DNA of 64,000 nt from Yuukianura sp. NJ FZ-2021 (Eukaryota): the NCBI GenBank assembly GCA_046563655.1, contig CM102285.1:3348001-3412000 (forward strand). Reading direction: 5' to 3'. Of the stretch, positions 37,621 to 51,606 are shown in pieces; position 1 is the stretch's first letter; every line of letters starts with the position of its first letter. A model generated the notes under the pieces. It searched no databases, was not told the DNA's origin, and saw nothing but the letters and a program-made list of their open reading frames with translations. The translations under genes were made by a program, and so were the position numbers.

Positions 37621-39206
37621 CTAATCTATCTCACGCAAAAATTCAATTGCTTCGTACTTTTGTGCTGCAAACTTTGTTTCCGGGAATAAGATATTGCCAG
37701 AATTGTCAAAGGCCATGATGTACGTCTCACCTTTTGCTCCAACTTCTAAAGACTTTAAGGCTACGATCACCGAATCATCTGTTGTTGGCACGAATGCAAA
37801 ACCAGAAAATCCATGTGTTGGTACAACTTCTCCAATTTCCTTAACCTTTACAAAAAGCAAAGGTTAAATCAAAGCTAAACTTTAGTTGTAACTAGTTTTC
37901 AGCGTCGCTTGAATTTTCCGTTTCTTACTTGGATGTCTTCGAAGTCATCATCAGCAGTGATGAACTTGTTAGTTCCAGAGACTTCGTACATCTTTTCCAC
38001 ATATGATATGTGGCTAATTTTTCTGGGGAGGATTACCCACTTGTCCAGAACGTCGCTCCAGGCTATCGCTTCATGCGTAACGTAACCTTAAAGGAAAAGT
38101 TATTAGCGTATGTGCCGGTAATTTCAAAAAATTATGAAAATGAAGTCATTCAGGAAGTTTAACAAGGAAATTTATCCAGAATCGCATCAGCACTGAAGTT
38201 TAGTGCTGATTTCGCTGCGTCTCTAATGGTTTAGTGACTAAACCATCAGAGACGCAGTGAAATCATACATTTTCTGAAAAATTTCTTAATTGTACCTGGA
38301 AAATGTACTTCCAAAGCATCAGATATTTTTGTAAACCCTGGGATCCAATTCTCACTGGTCACTGCCCCTTCCGGTGTTATGACTTTGATAAACTTGCTCC
38401 CTGGACCAGGTCCACCATGACCTCCGATGATTAGATGTCCATCTTTCACAGTGCTCCACTCACATTTGAACTCTTCATTTTTTTAGACAGAAAATGAAAA
38501 GTTTTGTGAAATTTTCAGAAATTGAATTTTGCCTTTGACTATAATTTACCTTTCGGTCCCACAAAATTTCCATCGCTCAAAATGGCCCATGGAGTTGGTA
38601 GAATTTTCTGTGGTCCGGTAACGGTAAGTTCATATACAACTCCCGTTTTATCGTCACACGAGTACAGTTTATCGTTAAAAATTGTCAGCGTCGACAGTTC
38701 CATGCCTCGTCCATTGTTTGCCAACCGTCCATGGATTTCCTTGGTCCGTATTTCATGAACGTTACCGGTATCCAGTTCCAGGCTTACCTAAAAATTTTTT
38801 AGACATTTCACAGGTCAAAGTTTAAGGAAGGCGAAGGTCATGAATTGAGTATGGAGTACGTTAAATGGTCTTTGCTCGTCGCCCGTTTTGGTCAATGTCA
38901 AAATGCCTTCGCGCAGATACGCAACCAAATCTCCAGTTGGTTTGAATCTTCCTTGTTTGACTTTCAGTTCCGGAGATAGTTCGTCCAGGTCAGTGATGAT
39001 TCCAAAAACAAATTTTCTCACGTCTCTGTTGGAAAGTTCGAAATTTATCTTTTAAGATTGTAGGACTTTGACCTTGGCCTATTCACAATTTCATTTCTAT
39101 CTCCCTCCACTGGCTTAATTTAGGTCATAATTTGTGTTTTGTCCTTACTTGGATTCTCCTTCAACGAGATGTGTGATTTCAAACCATGATTTCCCAACGC
39201 TTGGCC
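37621..39206 (-). CDS. Calcium-activated nucleotidase / Cimex-type apyrase-like; 5' end uncertain
   Basis: IITDLD, GRGMELSTL, DDKTG, WAILSDG, FKCEW, THEA, LPRK, THGFS, ALKSLE, KYEAIEF. Confidence 0.85.
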
Positions 39207-39211
39207 CTAAA

Positions 39212-39435
39212 ATTTATCAAGTGAGCGGTAAACATAACATTTATCTTAGAAAATAAGCCGCAAACAAAATTTACAAAAATGAGCGGTAAACAACAAAATT
39301 TAGAAAATGAGTGGCCAACGTATCAATATTTACAAAGTGAGTGGTAAATATAGCAATTACAAAAATGAGCGGCAAACATAGCATTTACAAAGTGAGAGGC
39401 AAATGTCATCGAGTTTAGAAAATGTGCGGTAACCA
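39212..39435. repeat. Degenerate ~30-bp minisatellite (ttacaaaaatgagcggtaaacata...)
   Basis: About seven tandem degenerate copies. Confidence 0.75.
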
Positions 39436-40619
39436 TAACTAATTATGTGAATGTTAAACATAAGCTTATGTTAGAATAACTTTGTAAGGTCACAAAAGGA
39501 CCTACAATGTTTCAAATGGATTTTTTTGGAATACTATTCCGTAGAACGCCATTGTAATCTCGGTGAAAATATGTCGCGCTAAACTAGCTTAAAAAAAATC
39601 AGGATTTTAGCCTTATTATTTGAATGTCAAAAATGCTTTGTTTTGAATATTTTCGGGCATACATGCTTCTGAACTAAATCTTAAATACGACATAACTAAA
39701 TGTGATGCTGAAATACGTTACCTGGAAGTGCCATAAGCATCAGCATTGCTAGAAATCCAAACATCCTGACTCTGGTCAAGGTCAAGTTGACAGGCATGTG
39801 TGGACCATACGTTGATAATGACCTACAATTGTACATGGAGATTAGGATTTTATTTGACCAAGTTCCGCAGTCTTGTGAGAAACTAAATCTTCTGATACGA
39901 GTGTAGCGTAAGGTCAAAGGGTGACTACAGTTCTGGATTTTCAGAGAAGCGTTAGATTTGAAGTCTTAATCCCACTAAAGACTGAAAGAGTGATGGGTGT
40001 GTTTTCTTGTTTTTAAGCATGGGTGGGGACTCATTCAGCCCAAAAATTAACTCCGATTTGTCAATTGGATTCGTTTATTTTTGGCAAAATTGTGGACTTT
40101 ATTCATTCTAATTTTGACTTTTCTTTTTCCTTCATTTTTATTTTTGGTTTGTTCGAACAGCGTTTCTGGGTGGGACTCCATTCTAAATTCGGCTTCTCGT
40201 CTTCTTGTGGCTTAAGAGAGACCTTGACATCACTTCATCAATTAATGACACACATTTCAATTGTCAATTGATACTTCATTAAAAGTGTGTGGTAAGACAT
40301 TAAGCACAATTTCCTATGACATAAGCGTATGCAGACATTCGGGACATAGGGTACATTAGACATAACACTAACATTAACATTACTCAAAACTTATACTTAC
40401 GAGACTCATACAAGTTCAATGTTATAAAGCAAAAGCTCCACAAACAAGTCAGCTTTTCAAAAATTTTGGATTCCTCTTAAAAACCTTAAAGTTAAAACTT
40501 AAAATTAAAAACTTAAAAAATTAAAATGCATAAAACACAGATTCTGCTGCGGCGTTTGAAAACTTGCGCCAAAACGCCGAGGTACACCATTCGTTAGTAT
40601 CTTTACGTAGCCAAAAAAA

Positions 40620-43352
40620 TTAGACGCCGTTGTAAGAACTGCCATTCTTCTTCGCCGGTACACCACTTGGTGGCAGCAGCCTCTGCGTTTCTGTACCTTC
40701 CCCTTCCGAATCCGAATCTTTGTCCATTGCCATAAATCCTTGCTGAATTTCGTCTAGTGTTTTGCCCTTTGTTTCTGGCACGAAAAACAAAATGTAGATG
40801 AGACCTATGAAGCAGAATGCGGCAAACAGTAGAAACGTTCCGTCTGTTCCCATTGAATTCGTCATGTTTCCAAAGAACTTGACCAGTAAGAAAGAAATTG
40901 ACCATTTAACACAAGTCAGGAGACAGGACGCCAGACCTGTAAAGACAAGAAACGCATGAGGTCAAAGGTCAGAACGGCACGTGAATGTTTTGAGTCACAA
41001 ACTTCTGACTCTAAGCTAAAGTGCGCGTTAACTTTAAAGTTTGGAATTGCGAACTACGAGATTTGTGAAATTGTACTATTTTGTTGGGTTTTAGATTAGG
41101 ATTAATCTCGAATTTTTACTCGTAGTTCTACATTTAATGTTGAACTTCATGTAAAAATAGAGCTGACCTTTGACCTGCGGTGGAACTAGTTCGCCCAAAA
41201 GGAGGTACACGATTGGTCCAAGTCCGACGGAGTACGCAAATACAAATATCAGGAGACTTGTCAATGGAAGCCAACCAAGTTCCTTGTAAGGTTGAACTTC
41301 ACTGTGCACTTTTAGGTAGAAGTAGAGTGACAGAGCACAGAGGGAAATCACCATGAACAGTTCCGATAGAATCAAAAATATCTTCCGGCCGAACCGATCT
41401 ACTAAAATGGCAGCTCCAATAGAAGCCAACTGCAGACAAGAAGTAGTTTTTAAGAAATTGTTTTGGTTTAAGAACATGCAATGCCGCCAGTATGTTAATC
41501 CCTGTCTTACCACCTGGAAAATACCGACGTAGATGGCAGCAACGTACTCGTCGATATTGGATCCAGCGGCTTGAAAAATATCCACGGTGTAGAACAGTAC
41601 TGGATCAATTCCAGAAATGACTTGGAGAACAAACAGCACCAGGATTACCGTAAATGGTCTCAGAATGGCGGGACCCAAAAAGTCTCTCCAATTTGCGGAT
41701 TCTTCGCGACTTTTTTGACTCGTTCGACGTAGCTGCATTAAAAAAATAGGGGTTAATAAAAAAAAGCCATTTCAAAAACGATAAACAAAAGTTCGAGTGT
41801 TTTAAGCTGCTTGAAGAACGATTTTTCAAAATTGACGAAAAAGCGCAAAATTTGAATTAAATGTTTACTTACGGCTGCCAATTCATTCTCGACTTGCATG
41901 GCCGATGACGCACCGCGTAGGCGCATGAGTGAACGTCTCGCTCCGGCATCATCTCCCTTGTCAACCAAGTATATCGGTGACTCTGGGACGAACATCATCA
42001 TGGCAAAGATGATGGCCGGTACGATTGCACTGAGCAGCGTGTAGGTTCGCCATGGCATGAAGCATCCGAGGACATAACTGTAACATTACCATTAGCGATT
42101 TGCCAGACCAAACATTTGAAATTCAAAATTGTGACATTTTTAAGCTGATTAGTCCGGCGCATATGCCAGTAAGTAGGGGATTAATTGTCGCAATGTTAAT
42201 CACTATGTCTTACTTACATCAAAAGTTGACCTAGAGTAATGGCCAAGTCGAATCCAGCACCGAGTAAACCACGGATTTTGACATCTGATACTTCTGCAAT
42301 GAACAGCGGTGCGATTACGACAAATCCACCTCCGCAGAATCCTGGACAAAAAAAAATATGGGATGGGTTACTGTATGCTGGATTAAAACTTAATTCTGTT
42401 AAGTAAGTTATGAAAATCTAAGTTCTTCCTATGAATTTAAAGTAATTAGAGTAATAATGAGTGTAATTACTATGAATTTAAAGTAATTATAGTAGTTTGA
42501 GCGTAATTATTTGTAATTACTTGTAATTACTTGAAATTACTTGAGAGTGGAGACAATTATTTGGAACTTACCGGTAGTAAAACGGCCGGCGTTAATCATA
42601 TTCACTGTCGTAGCAAAATATNNNNNNNNNNNNNNNNNNNNNNNNNNNNNNNNNNNNNNNNNNNNNNNNNNNNNNNNNNNNNNNNNNNNNNNNNNNNNNN
42701 NNNNNNNNNNNNNNNNNNNNNATATGAGAAGCCATCCAACAAAAAACGGAACTGTAAATAGAAGCATGGAATTCCGCCGTCCAATTTTTTCTAATAAAAT
42801 TCCAGCGATTGGAGTAGAAATGACGGCAGCAAGCTAAACGTATTGCAAGAGTTAGTAAATTTTAGTTTCAAGATTCTGCGCATGCTCAGGTACGTTTCAT
42901 TACCGTAACAATAGATCCGATCCATGATTCTTCAGAATCTGTTATCGTAAAATTTGGATCTTTTCGGAGATCGGGTAGTGCTGCAAGTATTTACACAAAA
43001 AATTCAGAATTGAACTTAAAAAGCGACATAATCGTGTACGGTGCGCATGCGCCTTACCAACAGCAGACCAGCATAGAACGATTCCTAGGGCCAACGCTCC
43101 CATATTTGCTGAAAAATTTAAACATTGGCGTGTTTTTACCGCAATACGAAATAGCCGGTTTTTTTTTAAAAGTTTTTTATGCTTACCGGCTATACCGGAG
43201 AAATACTGCACAGATTTGCTAGCACTGAAAAGTAACTCTTCACTATGTCCAGGTTCATTTAAACTTTCAACTCGTTTTCTGGCTCTGATGTATACATCGC
43301 TAAACGATTTTTTACGCGTCCGCTGCGGTCGAGACGCTTGCTCGCCAGCCAT
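40620..43352 (-). CDS. Facilitated trehalose transporter Tret1-like MFS sugar transporter
   Basis: PESP, SGIDPVLFY, DRFGRK, GLGP...GE and PETKGKTL motifs. Contains an assembly gap. Confidence 0.92.
42622..42721. other. Assembly gap (100 N) inside a Tret1-like exon
   Basis: Run of N. The flanks read GWLLI / YFATT, so little or no coding sequence appears to be missing. Confidence 0.98.
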
Positions 43353-44461
43353 ATTGCCAGTATTTGCGGCAAAAACGTAGGCTGGGTCAGGTTAAACAGT
43401 ATTAAAAACTGATACTTCCAAGTATCTTCTAACTGCTACTAGAACTTTCAAGTGTGTTTTAAGTAAATTCTGTGGATCTCATGAAGCAAAAGTGTCGGTC
43501 CAATATACTTGCTATTGACCTTTGCTTTGGACCACTTCAGTGTCACAGCTTACAAGCGTTGTTGTCCCAAGATGAATCAAAATGTGACTAACACCAGTTA
43601 GAAAAACTAATTAGTTAAGCCAAAGACGCAACTGGTGTGGTATCACATGAGGGGCGATCCCTGTCCGAGATTAGGATTTCTCAAGTGTACTTGTAAAATG
43701 GCTTTAAACACTAGTGTCTAAAATAAGTGTGAATGTCTGCACAGCAATACTGCGACTTAGCACAGTTTGACTTTAAAACAATTGGAGACTACGATGTCAT
43801 AGATCAAGGTCGTAGTTGTAGATTCCCAATCTTCGATGAGACTAGAACAGGGGTAGTTTTTGAAAAATTTTCCTACAAACGGTACTTGATATGATAATGA
43901 AAGTTGTACACCAATTTCAAGTAGCAATAGAAATTTTGATTTCAAATTTGTGTTTTGAAACAACTCTTGAGTTTAGATTTCTCCAATTATTTGTGGAATC
44001 GAGACTGGTAAAGGTTTATATTTTGTTTGTAAACCAATTGATTTTTTTTTCTAAGTTTTACTTGTACTGCTATACTAAAAATATTTCTAGACGAAAATAA
44101 ACTTTACATAGCAAAAACTAAAGATATGTTACAACAGAAAAGTTTTTCAATTCCATAACGCCGTCTCGTGTTAATTGAAAATGCTCAAATTTTTTAAGCG
44201 CGAGTGAATACCGGTTTGAAATTTCTTGTGTTTTTAAGTTCTTTTTTTTTTCAATTGAGAATTGAGGTTTGCTGATGTTTTTGAGTTTGTTTATGTACTT
44301 TAACTAATCGTAATTTCAATTAAAGTTGATTCTGGTTTGCAGAATTTGTTCCGTCGTATGCGGTACCAAAAGAGGCAACGTTCCAGAGTTGATTTAATCG
44401 TAGTTGTGATTAATCTCCGTCGGCTGCAAAGTTAGATCATTTCATAGCCGGCTACTAAATA

Positions 44462-46172
44462 ATGGGAACCGATAAAAGTAAAACCGAGATAGCCGCTAAG
44501 AAGAAACCGCAACAGTCTGATCAAGAAAGAAGTAGTAAATGTAAGTCTTAAAACTTTTAATCAGTACACACATTTTATTGCGATAATTCACTGTGTCATC
44601 GAATGTCTGACTGTTTTTTTTTCTTCTAATTTAGCACCGGTCAACCAACGTTGGTCATTATGGACTGCTGGAAGCTACGCAGTTGTAATGGTCTTGATTG
44701 GACTTCCTTTGTGGTGGAAAACAACCACCGTACATCGTGCCCCGCTTCCATACAACGATATGCTTACACTTCATGAACTGTTCGATGCAAGTAGCTTTGA
44801 ATCTGATTCCCTTGACGCAGCAGGGTTACCTCTTTCTGCCGGATACGACATTTTGCTAACGCTTTTGGTCCCGGAACCGGAAGTATTTGATGCTACATGG
44901 ACGATTCGGCAAGGAATTGATGGTGAGCAATTCAATGTTTCCTTGAACGTGGTTTTTGAAATGAATTGAACAGTTGGATTGGGGAATTGACCGGAGTTTT
45001 GTTTAATTCAGGGTTACCTACAGCCGATGTTGAAGAAGTTGAACAATTTTGCCGAATTTACCATACGATCTCAAATTCTGTACTACGTTAAGCTTAACTT
45101 TCGTCCAAAGTTGAACAAACAAACTGGAATTTATGAGGTTTCCTTTGATCAACTTCCGAACAGTTATAAACCCTGTGGAATCTAAACTCACCTCCGTGGT
45201 TTCTCAAAATCCAGTTCTGAATTTTATTGTGTATGTTTCGCCATGTTCGGCCAATCCCATGCAAATCCTGGATGAAGATGGAACGTTCATTGACTCAAAC
45301 GGTTTCTTTGTACCGCAGTGGGGAGGTTAGTGACGTTTCACTTCCTTTTTATGTTATTCCTTTATTACGTAAACCATTATTTGACTAGTGTGTGTGTCGA
45401 TTAATCTACAGGTATCCAACTATACAATGGCCCGTGCAATTCATCACGAAACGAGAATGAGACGGAACCGCACGAGGTCTTCATGCATGGTGTGATGAGC
45501 ACGATTATCCCACAATTTCGGGCACTGATTGGAATCAAAAAGGTTAGGAACTGGGACTACTCCAGCAACATTCAAGAACTTGGAAAAACTAAACTAATTA
45601 ACTCTAAAATTGAGAATGTTTCATACTCAACTTCTTGTTGTTTGTTAGGACACGTCACAAGTCGGCGGAGATGGAAAACTCACTTCAACTCTTCTTGACT
45701 CGGAACTGTCAGTTCTGTTGAAGAAAAGACTCGCCCGACTTCAGTATACTGCTGCAAATACGCTTAACGTAAGTGAAAGAACTCAAAAATGACTTATTTG
45801 TCAACCAGCCTTATTGATAACTTTCAATTCACACATTCGTTGTCGTTGCAGAGCCTCGGCAAACTGTTGGACCAAATCACGAATATTGTCGTAAGAGATG
45901 AAGTAGGGGAAGAGGTAGAACGAAGCGTCAACGCCCTCAAGCTCAGTTACAGTGAAATGCAGAAAGGAAACTTGGATGAAGCACTTCGTCTAGCGCTAAT
46001 TAGCTACAAATCTTCTGAAATTGCTTTCCACCATCCATCGAACTTGGCTCAGCTGTACTTTCCCGATGACCAGAAGTATGCAATTTACATTCCATTGTTT
46101 CTGCCAGTGGGAATTCCAGTTCTCCTCTCACTTAGAAGTATCTTTCAAATTTTAAAACCCAAGAAATCATGA
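44462..46172 (+). CDS. PIGS: GPI transamidase component PIG-S
   Basis: GLPLWWKTTTVHRAPLP, PQWGG, SLQSLGKLL, AFHHPS...LYFPDDQKYAIYIPLFLP. Confidence 0.93.
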
Positions 46173-46667
46173 AACAATCAACTACAAAGTAACAACTAAT
46201 TTGCGAAGTTCCTGCAACATCAGTTGCATACGATTTAATAATATCCAACAAGTTGATTTTGGTACGAAGGTGAAATTGATCAGCCTGTGTCCATACTACT
46301 GTGTAATGTATATGTACTTGAAAGTAGAAAGAGTACAAAAGATTATAATTGCTGAAAGTTAATTGTTGGTTAAATTTAAATGTCCACTTTCCCCACCAGC
46401 AACTAAATGTCACAAAACACCCAGACTAGCTCTAGCTTTACAAGTTATAAAAAGTAGTGTTAAGTTTTACCATCCCACCTGAAGTTAATGTTTAACAATT
46501 GGAAGCATATTGGTTAGGTTAAATGCAAATGTTCATGGAAGAGCCTTGAATTTCAAGTTAAACAGAAAAAATATGCTTTCGTTTTACGATAAGACACTGA
46601 AGAGTCCCGAATAATTTGTTTGTTGTTTTTTCTAATGCTATTGTTATGTAAATGCTAAACGTACTTT

Positions 46668-48548
46668 CTACTGTTGGTTACAATCCGCAAGTTCTTTTTG
46701 GTCCGTTGTCCATTTTGAGCTTCTGGATTTGTGGACATCAGAGGCTGACTTGGTATGGGTGGACAGCTGTTTTTGCTGCTGGTTTTGGTCGAGTACTTCA
46801 GAGGTTTGCGTTGTGTTCAAAGTACCATCGAGTTGCTGTCTTCTGTTTCCGTTAGCATCGCTGGAGTCACCGCAGCCATTTTGAATTGGTCCGTTTCGAA
46901 TTTCCTGGGCTGTAGGTGATCCTTCAGCTTTATCGAAACAAATTGTAAGTTAGTAGAGTAAGAAGATGAAATTCAAGGGATTTTTGATTTGAAGAAAAAC
47001 TTACCACCACCAGTTATAACACCTTCTTGAAACGCTTGCAGTTTAGTTCTGTAGATCATAATTCTTGCATCAGAGTCGATCACTTTCGAACTTGCAAAGG
47101 CCAGCTCCTTTCGCAGATCAAAAATTTCTTGCTCAATTCCGATTTTCTGACTGAGGAGAAGATCTCGCTCTTCACGGAGCGCTTCCACTTCTCCCATCGT
47201 AGGCGGAAAGACACCGTCACGATACTGGACCAGTTTTCGCTTGTATTCACACTTCAATGCCTCGATTTTATCACGATGTTGCTGTAACAGGCACATTTTT
47301 TACTATAATAGATCTAAGCTTGACTTTTCAGAATCGTTCCTGTTAATAATCATTTTAATAACCTACCATGAATATAGGAATTGTCTCTGACTGGAGTTTG
47401 TTGAATTCTTTCACGACATCTGCTTCATTCTTTTCTATGATTTGAACCTGCCGAAGAATCATGCCGCTCCGAGCATTTACTCGATCTACTTGTGATTTCA
47501 ATTCGTGCTTCTCGGCGGTAAGTCGGACAATTCGTTCTCGGAGTCTACACATCTCTTCCTCAACTGAGAAACCAAAATGAACAAAAGTAGCATATTTCTA
47601 GAATTATTAATCTTAATTGAGAACATGAATTTACCCTTTTGTCTTCGTTCGTCGACTTCGGAGAATAAGGAATTCCCTCTTCGTGTTGGATCTTCGGCTT
47701 CTTGCCTTGCATTCTGCTGGCTCGCTAAACAAGTTTGCAGGTCCATGATGGCTTCCTGCTTATCATTTTCCAATTCTTTGACACGAGAATGGAGTTCGGA
47801 TATATAACTGTCGCGGTTCTCCAGCTCCTGACGAAGTTCGTCTAACAGACCTACATTTTGGATTGCCTGTTGTGTAAGAGTTTGAACTTTGGATAGCTGG
47901 ATTTCAAGCAGGTCACGAGTGTTGGCCAATTCAATGTTCAGCTTGTCATTCTGAGTCTGGAAGTTTCAAAGAAATAAGAAATTCAGTTAACTGCACAATT
48001 TAGCTGCTTCCGTATCAATGCCGGGGCTCCCCAACGGTTAACGCAGACCCCCTTTCTTTCTACGTCTATAAGTATTATCATAATTCATACCTTCAAGGAT
48101 TCTAGCTCTTGACAAACAGCAACACTTTGAGTTTGACCCAGTTTAAGCTGATCAATTGTCCGTTGCTGATGCTCTATTTGGGTTTTGAGATCAGTATTTT
48201 CTTCAAGAGCTGCATCGTATGCGGCGGTTAGTGATGCAACCTATTGGAGTAGGATAATAATTACGATGTAGGCTAAATAGTAATGAGGCACTGCCGTTAG
48301 AAAACTGATAGCTCTGCTTCGACAGTTCGAAGATTATTTATAGTTACCTCTCCATCGGTTGCTTTCTTTTTACTTTGCGTTCGCAACTTCTCCTCTAGCA
48401 CTTTGCAATCTTTTTCCTTAATTTGAAGCTCTTCTTTCAGGTACTCTACTTCAATGCTATGCAGTTGTTTCGTACTTTCAAGATTCAACTTCAATCTGTG
48501 ATTGATTTCTCGCAGTTCTTCTAGTTCGCCTTCCTTCGTTGCAGGCAT
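46668..48548 (-). CDS. SPDL1: Spindly (kinetochore dynein adaptor)
   Basis: Long coiled coil, Spindly box GNSLFSEV, and a last exon ending in the CAAX-like CNQQ*. 5' end tentative. Confidence 0.8.
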
Positions 48549-49179
48549 CTCGAAGTCGGTACTTCTGAGACTTACAACATTCAAAACGACAATCCTAAAT
48601 CATAAATAATAAAACATTGAACCTGTTTTTCAGTGAAATTAGTTAGCTCGAATTCTAGATGCCTGATTACGTTGTTTGTGGCTATTTCCACACCGACGAT
48701 TACAGCAGAAATGTGTGAAAATAGGAAGACTGCAGACTGTAATCCAAGCTATTATGTACTGTGTAATTGTGGTATGACAGTTTACTTTTTGTTATCCATA
48801 GAAGTCAGAAGTTGAGTAAGAATAAGAAAGAACATGGACCTAAAACAAAAAGACAAAATCAGAATTCAACAAAAAAATTAAACATGCTGCATGTCATACA
48901 AAGGCATACTACAAACTACAGTACCATTACAAGTTTTTGGACTTCTCACATTCGAAGTTTGAGATCAAGGCTCTCGGTTTGAGTACTAAATTCGCAAGCA
49001 GCGAAGTAATTGAAGCAAACAATCCTTATCTTAGCGTTGGATTCAATTCACCACTTACGAAATTAACGTGAGTAGTGAAGATAAAGTTAACAAAAACCTT
49101 AATAAAATTGCAACGGTCAAGAACTTGCAAAGTGGAAACAAAACAAAAACAAACGGAACAAATTCAATTGGTCTGGCTA

Positions 49180-49285
49180 ATCCTCTGCATATTCTGAAAA
49201 CTCAGAGAATCCTCTGAAAACTCAGAAAATCCTCTGCAAACGCAGAACCTTCTGAATTTATTTTCGGAATCCTGAATCCTCTGAA
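49180..49285. repeat. Short ~20-bp tandem repeat (aatcctctgaaaactcagag)
   Basis: Four to five degenerate copies. Confidence 0.6.
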
Positions 49286-49759
49286 TTTTGGGTCTTGAAT
49301 TTTCTAATTTCTTCCCTGTCACTTTTTCGACTGATAAACACTTGCGAAGGTTGTGAAATGTACGCTAGTAAGAATTTCCAAGCCTTTTCAAAAAGTTTAA
49401 TGCATTCTGCGGATTCCTCAGAATTTTGAGAGGATTCAGAGCATTAGTCATACTCAAGTTGAATTTCTTCTTCAAAACAAATTCAATAATTGAGCGCGGG
49501 AACGGGAAGATCTTACTTTGTTTTATATAGATCAGTTAGTGGCGTCTGCAACCGCTTATCAGCACGAAAATTTATTGAGAGGACTACACGTCACACTACT
49601 GTAAGTTGAATTTAATATTTTGTACTTATACTTACAAAGTATGGTTTTTATTTTCATTATTTAATTATTAACAAAAATGGATTCACTACGAGTAAAATAT
49701 GATTTACTTTCCAATTCCACAATTTTAATAATCTTGGTACTGCATCACTTGATCATCGT

Positions 49760-51363
49760 TTAATTGTGTCCAATAAACGTAGGGATGGACTGTGGGTTAC
49801 GGAAGTAATTATCCGGGTCATACTTCTGTTTGACATGTACAAGTTTATGAAGGTTACTACCGTAATACCGCTTCAAATAATCCGTCAGACTTCCATCAGC
49901 ATAATTTTGGTACGATTCCTTGTGTTTGAAAACAGTTTTTCCAAGGTCATAAATTTCCTCCACCCAAATGTCGGCAGCAGTTTCCGTTCGATTCTGAGGA
50001 TTAGCTACTTGGTTCAAAACGGCTACAATGTCATACCTTCCCTTTCGATGAACAAAAGCAGTTTCATGAACTTTGACATCGTTTGTGGCGCCTCCTAACG
50101 GGTGAAAATATAAGGTCAGAGTGGGAGGCACTTTTTGTAAAAGTGTTAGCATCCGTGACAGGTCAAGGTCACTGGCAACCTTTTGAACAAAAAGGATTTG
50201 ACCGTCAAATATTCTTTTCCAGACGACATTCGACTGAGATTCGACAGATCTTGAGCTGCCAATACACTTGGCTTCTGAATGTACTCACGAGATACAAAAA
50301 CAATAAAATCTGGATACGAATACCATGCACGGGAATTGAATTCTGGTGGCGGGAATGACTTTAGAATGGCGTCTAACTGGTGAGACCTGCCCTCCAAGAC
50401 TTCAAAAGTTCCCAAAATGGTTCCATTGGACACAACTAACTTTCCAGTAAGTGTTCTGGCAGCGTGGATTGAAAATTGTTGCCAAGCTTTATAAACTTGG
50501 ACGAAACTGTTCAAGTTCCATTTCAAAACGAGGACAAAAATTACAGGTGGGGCTGGGAAGACTTTGAATGTTAAGGAAGTGACGACCCCAAACGACGCAG
50601 CTCCCCCACCGCGCAGCGCCCAGAACAAGTCAGAGTTAACGTCTTTGTTGACAGTAAGTAGTTGACCGTCAGCAGTGACAATGCGCAGGCTCAAAATCAA
50701 GTCGCATGTGAAACCGCGCATGCGTGACAAGTAGCTGCGACCACCACCAGTCGCGAATCCCGTGATTCCTAGCTGTGGACATGACGGAATTTGAAACGTC
50801 ACTCGCCCAATGTTAAATAAAGTCATAGCAATCCGACCGAGCTAGTATAATTAGAAAATTTGTTTTGAAATTTTATGATGACAGACTTTTTTCAAAATTC
50901 AAAAAATATCGGAATTTAAAGTTTAACTTTGACTAACCGTGGCTCCCCCGCCAACCGTTGCCGTTGATTTTGAGCTGTCTAGTGTTACGGCATTCAAATA
51001 CTGGACGTCAATTACCACTGAACGTCTGTTTCCAAAAGAATATTTGGGAAAAGAGTGACCTCCTGCCAGCGTCACCAACCTGACATTGTACTTTCGTCCA
51101 CAATTTACCGTCACAACGACGTCCATTTCCGTCCTCACTAAAATGAAAGCCTTTGGACGGATTTCTTTTGGCTTTTGTTGCCATTGGTAGTTCAGCGTTT
51201 CGTACTGCATAGAATTGCTTCTACGCGGAACAATATTTTCTGGGCGAAAGTCTCTTTCCAGAAGACAGTTTTTGAAATTTGAAAATCTTCCTGCTTGCAG
51301 TCCATCAACCGCTAAGTTCAGCAGTACGTAAGTACAAACGCCAAGTTTTACAAAAGCCTGCAT
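49760..51363 (-). CDS. Secreted BBE/AA7-like FAD-linked oxidoreductase, copy 1; 1-nt frameshift at ~50190 (pseudogene or sequencing error)
   Basis: Signal peptide, AGGHS, SCPQLG, WALRGGG, C-terminal YYGSN...KYDPDNYFRNPQSIP. Adding one T to the T5 run (plus-strand A at 50189-50193) restores KSFFVQKVASDLDLSRML. Confidence 0.85.
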
Positions 51364-51606
51364 TTTTTGCAACAGTAAAAGTATTACTGGTGGGTAAAAA
51401 AGTGCTCCACTTACACAAAAGGCTATAAAAATTAATTCCTGAATTCTATAAAGATTTTATTGTATTTTCACCTGAATCTGTCAATTTTTAACTAGAAGAA
51501 TTTTGAACCTAGTACGTCACAGCCTTTTTTGATTAATAAAAGTTTCAAAATTTCAGCCAAACGCGATAAAAACTTTTACATGAAGAACAAAATTTAATGA
51601 CAAACA

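Noticed and set aside
42615-42728. Possible hidden insertion at the N gap in the Tret1-like exon
   Set aside because: The flanks rejoin in frame with a 2-nt overlap. It cannot be distinguished from a scaffolding artefact.
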